A stretch of 64,000 bases of DNA. It comes from Myxococcota bacterium (GTDB taxonomy: Bacteria; Myxococcota_A; UBA9160; UBA4427). This document shows positions 42,230-50,635 of this stretch, one piece after another; within the stretch, counting starts at the first letter, position 1, and the number at the start of each line of letters is the position of its first letter. Below the pieces are notes generated by a model that was not told the origin of the DNA, ran no database searches, and saw only the letters and a program-made list of their open reading frames with translations. The DNA is taken from the NCBI GenBank assembly GCA_965250285.1, contig OZ252299.1, forward strand, positions 448,001 through 512,000, written 5' to 3'. A program made the position numbers and the translations under genes.

Positions 42230-43162
42230 ATGCTGAAGGTCGTCAAGGACGCTTGCACGGCGGTTCTCGCCGTCTCGTCGGCGTGTGTGATCGCGCAGGC
42301 CTCTCTCGCTCAGGACCGAGCGGATGATGATGGAGAGCTGTCACGCTGGGTGCCCGCCGCCGGCTTCGTCGTCGGTGTGGCGACCAATGGCGTCGATGGC
42401 AATCTGTGGACGACCGACGTGCTCGGGCCCGTGGTCACGCCGCCTCCTCCCACCGAGCCTGTTCTCATCGCCGGTGCACCTGCCGAAGCGGACACGGTGC
42501 TCGTGCTTCCGACGTTCGGCGGTTCCTTCGAGTTGATGACGCCGGGATGGCAGAGGTTGCCTGGAAGCCCGCGGGGCTTCGCGCGCGTCGATCTCTCTTA
42601 TGGCTTTGGTCCGGAGTACGACATCCCGAGTCTGGGAGATCCCGGCGAGTTCAGAATCTCCGGCATTCCCCAGGCGCTCACAGAGGGTCGTGTACTGGGT
42701 CAGGGGGCCACCACGACCGTCCAGAGTGAGTCCCTCGTTCTGGCGGCCGGCGGTGGCATCGCGTTCACCTTCCAGGTCGATGATCGCGCGCTTCGGATCA
42801 AGCCTTCGGTCGAGTACCTGAGACACGACATGCGTGTCACAGGCACGCTGCGACGCGCCGTGCAGGTGTCGGCGCCGTCCCTCGGCCTCGAAGGGTTTCG
42901 CGAGGTCAAGCTCGATGCCACAAACACCAAGATCTATCACTGGATCGGTCCCGGGATCGAGTTCGACTACGACGCGACGCGCGCGGGCGACTTCATCTTC
43001 GCACCCTATCTGGGTCTCAAGGCGTGGGTCGTCACGAACAACGAATCGCTCATCGTCGAAGACTCGAACGAGTTCGGCGAGACGGCGGTCTGGTACGCGC
43101 GCCCGAATCGCTGGGCCTTTGGCGGCACCGTGGGCGTACGCGTGCGCTGGGCGCCCGAGTAA
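42230..43162 (+). CDS. Hypothetical outer-membrane beta-barrel protein
   Basis: Signal peptide (…ASLA), alternating amphipathic beta-strands, terminal strand 'WAFGGTVGVRVRW'. Confidence 0.65.
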   Translation: MLKVVKDACTAVLAVSSACVIAQASLAQDRADDDGELSRWVPAAGFVVGVATNGVDGNLWTTDVLGPVVTPPPPTEPVLIAGAPAEADTVLVLPTFGGSFELMTPGWQRLPGSPRGFARVDLSYGFGPEYDIPSLGDPGEFRISGIPQALTEGRVLGQGATTTVQSESLVLAAGGGIAFTFQVDDRALRIKPSVEYLRHDMRVTGTLRRAVQVSAPSLGLEGFREVKLDATNTKIYHWIGPGIEFDYDATRAGDFIFAPYLGLKAWVVTNNESLIVEDSNEFGETAVWYARPNRWAFGGTVGVRVRWAPE

Positions 43163-43169
43163 GTGACGC

Positions 43170-45317
43170 ATGCCTTTGCCCGTCCTGCTGTCGGGTCTGG
43201 CGCTCGCGATTCTGATCGGTCTGACGCTGCTCGTTTCGGGGCAGCCCCTCTTTACGGACGACGCGTGGTTTCATCTCGCCCTCGGTGAGGTGTACGCGAG
43301 CGAAGGGCCCTGGCTCGATCGCGATCCGCTGCTCGCCGTATCGCCCGGCCCGCCGACACCGGCTGCGTGGCTCTTCGATGTGCTGCTTCATGTCGTCCAG
43401 GCTGCGACCGGCTACACCGGGCTGCGCGTTCTTCACGTCTGTACGGTCGGGGCCATCATCGTCGTCGTGTGGCGCGCGTTCCGACGCGCCGCCGAGGATC
43501 GGCTCTATGCGCACGTGGCGACGGCCGCTTTCATCGTCCTCGCTGCGTATCGGTTGATTCAGCTTCGACCGCACCTGTTCACGATGCTCGCGGTACCGAT
43601 CGTCTGTGGGTTCGCGCTGCTGCGCGACCGGCCCCTCACGCGGCGTGAGATCACTGGCCTCGCCGTGCTCTTCGCGGTGTGGGCGAACATGCACGCGGCC
43701 TTCCTCCTGGGGCCGATCCTGCTGGGTGCGGGGGCAGCTGGGCTCTTTCTCACCGCGATCGGGCGCCATGGGCCGACCCGCTCTGCCGACCTGGCCCGAG
43801 CGCGTTCGCTGGCCGTCGCGACGATCGTCGGCGGCCTTGCCACGCTGCTGAATCCCGGTGGCGTGCGACCTCACCTGGCGTTCTTCGTCGCCGGCGAAGA
43901 CACGCCGTCGCTCGGGCGTGTCGCCGACGAGTGGTCGCGGGTCGACTTGCTCGCGTGGCCACCGGTCGATCTGCCGCCGAGCTGGTTGTCGTGGTGCCTC
44001 GTCTGGGTGCTGCTCTTGTCGACGGTCGCCCTCGTTGTGAAGACGGGGCTCGAAGTTCGAAGGCGAATGTCGGGCGATGAAACGACCGATTCGGCTTGTG
44101 ATGCGGCGCTCGTCGCCTTGGCCATCGTGGGCTGCGCATTGCCCTTCGTGGCCGTTCGATTTCTCTGGCTCGGGTTCTTGCCGCTGCTCGCTCTGGGCGA
44201 TGCCCTGCGACGGTCGGGTTGGTTTCTCGAACGATCGGGGTGGAGTGGTCGTTGGGTCGCCGCGCTCGTCGTCGTGGCGAGCGTGCCTGGCTTCGTGACC
44301 GCGGGGCCGTGGCCCATGATCAGCTCGGCCCTTCCGACGAGCTGGGCGGGCTACCGCTTGCCGTACTACCCCGGCAAGTATCACGCGGCGCTCGTGTGGA
44401 CGATGCAGGACGCGCGACTCGAGGGGACGCTCTTTACCGTCTACAACATCGCCGGCTTTGCGGGACGCCAGCTCGCGCCGCGCGTCAAGAACCTGGTCAA
44501 CGGCTCGCTCAACGTTCCGCCCGACGTGATCGAGGCCAACCTGCCGCTGCGCAGGCGGCGAGGGGAGCGTCCGGGCGAGCGCTTCGTCGACCTGCTCGAT
44601 CGGCACGAGATCGATCTGTATATGGGGATCCGCCTGCCGCGCTTCTCGCGTACGGATCGCCCTTGGTTTCACACCACCGCGCATCTCGAGCAGACCGAAG
44701 GGTGGGTCCCCATCTTTCGCAACCTCAACGGCGCTCTCTATCTCCGATCGAACGAACGCAATCGCGAGAATCTGGCCCGCGTCGCGGGGTACTACGCTGC
44801 GCGCTCGATTCCATTCGACCCGGCGACGGGTTTCTCTGTCGAGCGCGTGATCGAAGCCGCCCCTCGGTGGGCCATTGCACATGGCATCGTGCCTCGCGAT
44901 TTCGAAGCGCTGCGCGCGGCGACCGTCGGCTCTGAATCACAGCGGCGATCATTCGCCCGGCATCGCCTGGCGTCGATCTATGCGGCGCTCGGTGCATACG
45001 AACGCGCGCTCGACATCGATCTGCCGGATCTGTCGAAGGCACCCGACCGCGTGCTCGCTCGGCGGCGAGTGGTCTGGTCGTTGCTGCGTCTCGGCCGCTT
45101 CGACGAAGCGGCCGATCAGGCCGAGCTGCTGTTGGCGAGCGCGCAGCCTCAGGATGGCGCGTCGCACATCATCGCTGAGGCCGCGTTGCGTGCGGCCTCG
45201 ATGACCGACGACGAAGAGCGCTCGAGCCTCGTCCGGACGCTCTCGCTCTTGACCGATGCGGAGGTGCCCATGGTGATGCGGGGGGTGCAGGGCCCGTCGC
45301 CCAGGTCGGGCATCTGA
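43170..45317 (+). CDS. Multi-pass membrane protein, possible GT-C-fold glycosyltransferase with C-terminal periplasmic/TPR-like region
   Basis: Acidic motif 'DDAWFHLALGE' after TM1, 'LRPHLFT', 'WANMHAAFLLG'; many TM helices. Confidence 0.6.
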   Translation: MPLPVLLSGLALAILIGLTLLVSGQPLFTDDAWFHLALGEVYASEGPWLDRDPLLAVSPGPPTPAAWLFDVLLHVVQAATGYTGLRVLHVCTVGAIIVVVWRAFRRAAEDRLYAHVATAAFIVLAAYRLIQLRPHLFTMLAVPIVCGFALLRDRPLTRREITGLAVLFAVWANMHAAFLLGPILLGAGAAGLFLTAIGRHGPTRSADLARARSLAVATIVGGLATLLNPGGVRPHLAFFVAGEDTPSLGRVADEWSRVDLLAWPPVDLPPSWLSWCLVWVLLLSTVALVVKTGLEVRRRMSGDETTDSACDAALVALAIVGCALPFVAVRFLWLGFLPLLALGDALRRSGWFLERSGWSGRWVAALVVVASVPGFVTAGPWPMISSALPTSWAGYRLPYYPGKYHAALVWTMQDARLEGTLFTVYNIAGFAGRQLAPRVKNLVNGSLNVPPDVIEANLPLRRRRGERPGERFVDLLDRHEIDLYMGIRLPRFSRTDRPWFHTTAHLEQTEGWVPIFRNLNGALYLRSNERNRENLARVAGYYAARSIPFDPATGFSVERVIEAAPRWAIAHGIVPRDFEALRAATVGSESQRRSFARHRLASIYAALGAYERALDIDLPDLSKAPDRVLARRRVVWSLLRLGRFDEAADQAELLLASAQPQDGASHIIAEAALRAASMTDDEERSSLVRTLSLLTDAEVPMVMRGVQGPSPRSGI

Positions 45318-45345
45318 GCGTCGAGCCGCGCGTGAAGGCCGCGCG

Positions 45346-45870
45346 TCAGATGTCGCCGAGCTGGGGCTCGGTGAGGTCCTGCATCGGGATGGTGAAGAAG
45401 ACGTCGACGACCTCTTCGCGCACGTCCATCCCGGCCGGAGCGGCGAGCACCGACGCGGGAAAGACGAACCCGGTGCCGGCGATCAGCTTGCCGAGCTTCA
45501 GCGGTCGGACGACCAGCACGTCGCCCGCGACCTCGGCGCTGCGCAGCCACACCGACTCGCCGTCGTCGGGCTCATCGAGATCGTCGAAGACGTCCGTTTC
45601 GTCCTCCGCTTCGGCCATCGCCGAGTCGACGCCGTCGTCGAGCGTGTCTTCGAGCTCGGCCGCTTCTTCATCGGCGAGGGCGGCACGCTCTTCGGCGATC
45701 GCCTCGGCCTCGTCGGCTGCGTCCGCGGCATCGACCGCGACCGGCTCGGGCGCGCCCAGCAGGTCGTCGGCTTCGTCGGTCTGCGCCCAGGCGGCGGTCG
45801 AGACGAGGAGGGCGACGGCGAATGCGATGAGATACGAGGCGCGGCGCTTGCCGGGGATTCGATCGAGCAT
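45346..45870 (-). CDS. Hypothetical exported acidic protein with hydrophobic C-terminal hairpin
   Basis: Signal peptide (…AAWA), Asp/Glu-rich centre, C-terminal 'DVLVVRPL…FFTIP…LGDI'. Confidence 0.7.
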   Translation of the reverse strand: MLDRIPGKRRASYLIAFAVALLVSTAAWAQTDEADDLLGAPEPVAVDAADAADEAEAIAEERAALADEEAAELEDTLDDGVDSAMAEAEDETDVFDDLDEPDDGESVWLRSAEVAGDVLVVRPLKLGKLIAGTGFVFPASVLAAPAGMDVREEVVDVFFTIPMQDLTEPQLGDI

Positions 45871-45982
45871 GCCGCCAACCTAGCCCATCGCCGGCTTCTC
45901 ATGCACCCTGGAGGGGGCGCGCTCGGTCGACCGCAGCGTGCCACACTGCGTGGGCTCCACACCGAGCAGATCGGGAGGTCAT

Positions 45983-46744
45983 ATGTCGCGACTGCAGGAT
46001 CGCGTGGCGATCGTCACGGGGGCGGCCCAGGGGATCGGGCGCGGGATCGCGCTCGCGTTCGCACGCGAAGGCGCAACGCTCGCGATCTCGGATGTGAAGC
46101 GCGAGGCGCTGGCCGAGGTCGAGAAAGAGCTCGTCGAGCTCGGCGCGCGCGTGCAGACCACGGCCTGCGACGTGTCGACGCGGAGCGATTGTGAGCGCGC
46201 CATCGCCGAGACCGTCGAGGCGTTTGGCGCGCTGCACGTCGTCGTGAACAACGCGGGGTGGTCAAAGTCGACCGTGCCCCTGCTCGAGGTCGACGACGAG
46301 CAGTTCGAGTACACGCTCAAGGTCAATACGCTGGGCACGTTCTGGATGATGCAGGCAGCGCATCCGCACCTCGTTGCCGCGGGGGGCGGCTCGATCATCA
46401 ACTTCGCGAGCGGTTCGGGGACGTCGGGGCTGCCCGGGGAAGGGCCCTACGCCGCTGCCAAGGAGGCGATTCGCGGGCTGTCGCGCGTCGCGGCGAACGA
46501 GTGGGGCCCTCAGGGTGTGCGGGTGAACGTGATTTGTCCGTTCGCCAACTCGCCGGGCATGGTGGGTTGGTCGCAGATCGACCCGAAATCGTACGAGGCG
46601 ATGGTTCGACGCATTCCGCTGCGCCGCGTCGGGGACTGCGAAGACGACATCGGCCGCACGGCGGTCTACCTCGCGAGCGACGACGCGGCGTACGTCACGG
46701 GCCAGACGCTGATGGTCGATGGAGGCATGGGGTCTTTCCGATGA
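45983..46744 (+). CDS. Short-chain dehydrogenase/reductase
   Basis: TGAAQGIG, NNAG, YAAAK; GGAGG RBS before ATG 45983. Confidence 0.95.
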   Translation: MSRLQDRVAIVTGAAQGIGRGIALAFAREGATLAISDVKREALAEVEKELVELGARVQTTACDVSTRSDCERAIAETVEAFGALHVVVNNAGWSKSTVPLLEVDDEQFEYTLKVNTLGTFWMMQAAHPHLVAAGGGSIINFASGSGTSGLPGEGPYAAAKEAIRGLSRVAANEWGPQGVRVNVICPFANSPGMVGWSQIDPKSYEAMVRRIPLRRVGDCEDDIGRTAVYLASDDAAYVTGQTLMVDGGMGSFR

Positions 46745-47760
46745 AGGTCTACACGACGGCACCGATGGAGGATGCCCGCGACGCGCGGACGACGTTCCCC
46801 CATCTCGAGGAGATCGGGTACGACGGCGCGTTCAGCTTCGAAGCGAAGCTCGACCCCTTCCTGCCGCTGGCGCTCGCCTCCGAGCACACGAAGACGCTGC
46901 GCCTCGGGACGGCGATTGCGATCGCGTTCGCGCGCAACCCGATGAACCTGGCCAACCTGGCGCACGGGCTGCAGGCGATCTCGGGCGGTCGCTTCATCCT
47001 GGGGCTCGGCTCGCAGGTGCAGCCACACATCGAGAAGCGCTTCAGCATGCCCTGGGGCAAGCCCGCCACGCGCATGCGCGAGATCGTCGTCGCGGTGAAG
47101 TCGATCTTCGACGCGTGGGAAGGCAAGTCGAAGCTCAACCATCGCGGGGAGTACTACCGCCACACGATCATGATCCCGGCCTTCGATCCCGGGCCGAACC
47201 CGTTCGGGCCCCCGCCGATCTTCACGGGGGGCTTCGGGCCGGTCATGACCGCGGTGGCGGGCGAGGTCGCCGACGGCTTCTTCGCGCATCCTTTCAACAG
47301 CCGGAAGTCGCTGCTCGAGAACACGATGCCCGCGCTCGACAAGGGCCTCGCGAAGAGCGGTCGCACGCGCGACGACCTCGAGATCATCTGCGCGACGCTC
47401 ACCGTGACGGCCGATACCGAAGAGGCCTTCGAAGCCTCGAAGCTCGCGGCCCGCAAGCAGCTCGCGTTCTACGGTTCGACGCCGGCGTATCGTCCGACCC
47501 TCGTCTGCCACGGCTGGGAGCAGATCCACGAAGAGCTGAACCAGCTCTCGAAGCAGGGTCGCTGGGACGACATGACCGGGCTCATCGACGACGAAGTGCT
47601 CGAGACGCTGGCGGTCGTCGGGCCTCGAAACGAGATCGCGGCCAAGCTCGAAGCCAGGCTCGAGGGCATCGCCGATGGCGTGTCGATCACGCACAACCGG
47701 GCGCCCGATCCGCAGCAGTGGGCCGACGTCGTGGCCGATCTGCGCGCGCGTCGCCGCTGA
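46741..47760 (+). CDS. LLM class oxidoreductase, probably F420-dependent (TIGR03617-like)
   Basis: 'DPFLPLALA', 'AIAFARNPM', 'GLGSQV…HIEKRFSMPW', 'FYGSTPAYR'; ATGA overlap with the upstream SDR. Confidence 0.88.
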   Translation: MKVYTTAPMEDARDARTTFPHLEEIGYDGAFSFEAKLDPFLPLALASEHTKTLRLGTAIAIAFARNPMNLANLAHGLQAISGGRFILGLGSQVQPHIEKRFSMPWGKPATRMREIVVAVKSIFDAWEGKSKLNHRGEYYRHTIMIPAFDPGPNPFGPPPIFTGGFGPVMTAVAGEVADGFFAHPFNSRKSLLENTMPALDKGLAKSGRTRDDLEIICATLTVTADTEEAFEASKLAARKQLAFYGSTPAYRPTLVCHGWEQIHEELNQLSKQGRWDDMTGLIDDEVLETLAVVGPRNEIAAKLEARLEGIADGVSITHNRAPDPQQWADVVADLRARRR

Positions 47761-47850
47761 GCCGAGGGCGCCGCGGCGTCGGCCTGCGCTTGCGTCGCTG
47801 CTGAGCCGAGGGCGCCGCGAGGCCGATTTGCGCGCGCGTCGCGGCTGAGC
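47733..47850 (+). repeat. ~44-nt degenerate tandem repeat (about 2.7 copies) starting inside the LLM gene 3' end
   Basis: GCGTCGCnGCTGAGCCGAGGGCGCCGCG core; units begin at ~47733, ~47777 and 47821. Confidence 0.75.
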
Positions 47851-47870
47851 TCAGCGCGCCTCGACGTCGA

Positions 47871-48551
47871 TCAGCGCGACGATGCGCCGCGCACCAGAAG
47901 CTCGATCAGTTGATGCGCGCGTTGCCGTCTGTCTTCGACGGGCTCGGCGTCGATCGCGAGAAAGCCGAAGAGCGCCGTCATGACGATGCGCGTGAGCTCG
48001 GCGGCATCGACCCCGTCGCCGAGGTCTCCGCGCGCGCGGGCATCGTCGAGTCGGGTGCGCACGAATTCGAACAGCTCGTTGTCGGGCCACTGCGCATCGT
48101 TGGGCTCGCGCACCATGAGGCCGAAGGCCTCTCGCCGCAGCACCGCGTCGGCGCTCTCGAGCAGATCGAAGACGGCATCGACGAGCTGATGCACCGGGTT
48201 GCCGCCGTCCTCTGCGCCGAGCCGTGCGCGCAGGGCGTCGAGCGTCGACTGCTCGGTGCGCGCCTGCAGCTCGAGCAGCACGTCCTCCTTGGTGGGGAAG
48301 TGCGCGTAGAAGGTCGGCCGGGTGACGCCGGCGCGCCGCGCGATCTGCTCGATGCGGGCTCGGACCAGTCCGGCCTCGGAGATCTCGCGCACCGCGGCCT
48401 CAAAGATCAGATCGCGGGTCGCGCGGCGCTGGCGCTCGCGGGTGGGCAGGGGGCGGCCCGGGCCTGCAGACCGCTCGCGCGCCGAACTGGGCGTCTCGTT
48501 GGGTTCCTGCCCCATCTCAGGCCGTCCTTGGCTTTTCGATCGTTTTTTCAC
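47871..48551 (-). CDS. TetR/AcrR family transcriptional regulator
   Basis: HTH 'IEQIARRAGVTRPTFYAHFPTKEDVL'. Start GTG 48551 or ATG 48515. Confidence 0.93.
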   Translation of the reverse strand: MKKRSKSQGRPEMGQEPNETPSSARERSAGPGRPLPTRERQRRATRDLIFEAAVREISEAGLVRARIEQIARRAGVTRPTFYAHFPTKEDVLLELQARTEQSTLDALRARLGAEDGGNPVHQLVDAVFDLLESADAVLRREAFGLMVREPNDAQWPDNELFEFVRTRLDDARARGDLGDGVDAAELTRIVMTALFGFLAIDAEPVEDRRQRAHQLIELLVRGASSR

Positions 48552-48565
48552 TTTACGATCGTAAA
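48552..48565. promoter_or_regulatory. Perfect 14-bp palindrome TTTACGATCGTAAA, probable TetR operator
   Basis: Lies between divergent tetR and SDR, abutting the tetR GTG and just downstream of a minus-strand TATGAT -10 (48571-48566). Confidence 0.75.
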
Positions 48566-48640
48566 ATCATACTCCAGACTGATGCGGGTGCACAAGCCCG
48601 TCGCCTGAAGCCGGCATCGGGTCGCAGCGGGAGCCGCAGC

Positions 48641-49441
48641 ATGAGTCGCCTGAGTGAACGCGTCGCCATCGTGACCGGTGCGGGCCAGGGGGTCGGGGAG
48701 GGCGTGGCGCGCGCGCTGGCCGCCGAGGGTGCGGCCGTGGTCGTCGCGAATCGCACGGTCGATCTCGGCGAAGCCGTCGTGGCCGGCATCGAGCGCGACT
48801 TCGGCGGCGTCGGTGCGAAGGCGCTGTACGTCCAGACCGATGTGGCCGACGAAGCGAGCGCGCGGCAGATGGTCGAAGAGACCGTGTCGACCTTCGGCGG
48901 GGTGGACGTGCTCGTGAACAACGCGACGCCCGGCGGTGGTACGGCCCGCATCGAGCGCTTCGATGATGCCGACATCGAACGGCACTTCGATGTCAACTTT
49001 CGGGGCGTGCTCTGGGCGATGCAGGCGGCCTTTCCGCACATGAAGGCGCAGGGGCGGGGGCGGGTGATCACGATGTGCTCGCTCAACGGCATCAACGCCC
49101 ATCAGTACACCGTGGCCTACAACAGCTCGAAGGAGGCGGCGCGCGCGTTGACCCGCACCGCCGCGGTCGAGTGGGGCCGCTATGGCATTACGTGCAACGT
49201 CGTCTGTCCATTCGCGACGGCGCCGTCGTGGGAGATGTTCGTGAAGTTCGATCCGGCTGGGGCCGAGCGCATCGTGCAGGGCAACCCGATCCGCCGCGTC
49301 GGCGACCCCGAGACCGACGTCGGCCCGGTGGTCGTATTTCTCGCGTCCGACGAGTCGAGCTTCGTCACCGGCAACACGATCCACGTCGACGGCGGCGGAC
49401 ACATCAACGGCGTGCCCTGGAAGATGGAGCTGCCCGAGTAG
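48641..49441 (+). CDS. Short-chain dehydrogenase/reductase
   Basis: TGAGQGVG, VNNA, YNSSK. Confidence 0.95.
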   Translation: MSRLSERVAIVTGAGQGVGEGVARALAAEGAAVVVANRTVDLGEAVVAGIERDFGGVGAKALYVQTDVADEASARQMVEETVSTFGGVDVLVNNATPGGGTARIERFDDADIERHFDVNFRGVLWAMQAAFPHMKAQGRGRVITMCSLNGINAHQYTVAYNSSKEAARALTRTAAVEWGRYGITCNVVCPFATAPSWEMFVKFDPAGAERIVQGNPIRRVGDPETDVGPVVVFLASDESSFVTGNTIHVDGGGHINGVPWKMELPE

Positions 49442-49470
49442 GGCACCCGCCCCGGTCAGAGGAGCCCCCC

Positions 49471-50586
49471 ATGGCCTCGATTGCCCAGTTCCTTCCGTAT
49501 CCCGAGCTGCGGCGTCTGCTGCGCGATCACGCGCCCGACGATCAGCCTCGCTACCAGGCGCGGCTGCGCAGCCGGCTGATCTTCAGCGCGATGCTCGAAC
49601 CGCTGAGGTGGTGGGAGAACGTGCGATACGCCGGCGCGATGCGTCGCGTGCGTTTCGACGAGCAGCCGCCGGTGTTTCTGCTGGGCTTCGGGCGCAGCGG
49701 CACGACGCACCTGCACAACCTGATGTGGCAGGACGACCGCTTCGGTGTCGTCACGAACTATCAGGCGAACATGCAGCCGATCGCGTTGATGGGGCGCGGC
49801 TGGATCCCGGGCCTGCTCGAGAAGCGCATCCCGAAGACGCGGCCCATGGACAACGTCGCGGTCACGCTCGACAGCCCGCAGGAAGAAGAGATGGCCGTCG
49901 TCAACGCGACCGCCGACTCGCCCTTCCACTTCATGAGCTTTCCCCGCGCGCTGCCCGAGATCTACGACCGCTACGTCTGCGACCTCGGCGCGAGGCCCGA
50001 GGCCGGTGAAGGCTGGACGCGCGCGTACATGGACGTCCTCAGGAAGGCATCGATCCTCTCGGGTGGCAAGCGATTGTTGCTCAAGACGCCGCCCAACACG
50101 GGCCGCATCTCGAAGCTGCTCGAGCTCTTTCCCGATGCCCGCTTCGTGCACATCGTGCGCAACCCGTACCGCGTGTTTCCCTCGATGCAGAACATGTACC
50201 GAAAGATCCTGCCCTCCCAGGTGCTGCAGGATTTCGAGTGGGACGACATCGACGCGTGGATCCTGCAGGCCTACGAGCGACTGATGAAGCGATACATCGA
50301 TGAGCGCAAGCTGATCCCCGAAGGCCGGCTCGTCGAGTTCAAGTACGAAGAGCTGGATGAGAAGCCCTTCGACGTCCTCGAGACGGTCTACGGCACGCTC
50401 GGGCTCGGCGACTTCGAGACCGTGCGGCCGCGCATCCAGACGTATCTCGAATCCCTCGGCCAGTACCAGAAGAACGCCTTCGATTACCCGGCCGAGCTCG
50501 TCGAGACCGTGAATGCGCACTGGGGCTTTGCCTTCGACGCGTTCGGGTACGAAAGGCTCGAGCCGGGCGGCGCACCGACCCCCTGA
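49471..50586 (+). CDS. PAPS-dependent sulfotransferase family protein
   Basis: 5'-PSB 'GFGRSGTTHLHNL', 'LLLKTP', 3'-PB 'HIVRNPYRVFPS'; GAGGAG RBS before ATG 49471. Confidence 0.9.
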   Translation: MASIAQFLPYPELRRLLRDHAPDDQPRYQARLRSRLIFSAMLEPLRWWENVRYAGAMRRVRFDEQPPVFLLGFGRSGTTHLHNLMWQDDRFGVVTNYQANMQPIALMGRGWIPGLLEKRIPKTRPMDNVAVTLDSPQEEEMAVVNATADSPFHFMSFPRALPEIYDRYVCDLGARPEAGEGWTRAYMDVLRKASILSGGKRLLLKTPPNTGRISKLLELFPDARFVHIVRNPYRVFPSMQNMYRKILPSQVLQDFEWDDIDAWILQAYERLMKRYIDERKLIPEGRLVEFKYEELDEKPFDVLETVYGTLGLGDFETVRPRIQTYLESLGQYQKNAFDYPAELVETVNAHWGFAFDAFGYERLEPGGAPTP

Positions 50587-50635
50587 CCCCGGCGCCTATG
50601 CCCCACCCAACCTTCCTTCGAAGCGGAGAAAGACG

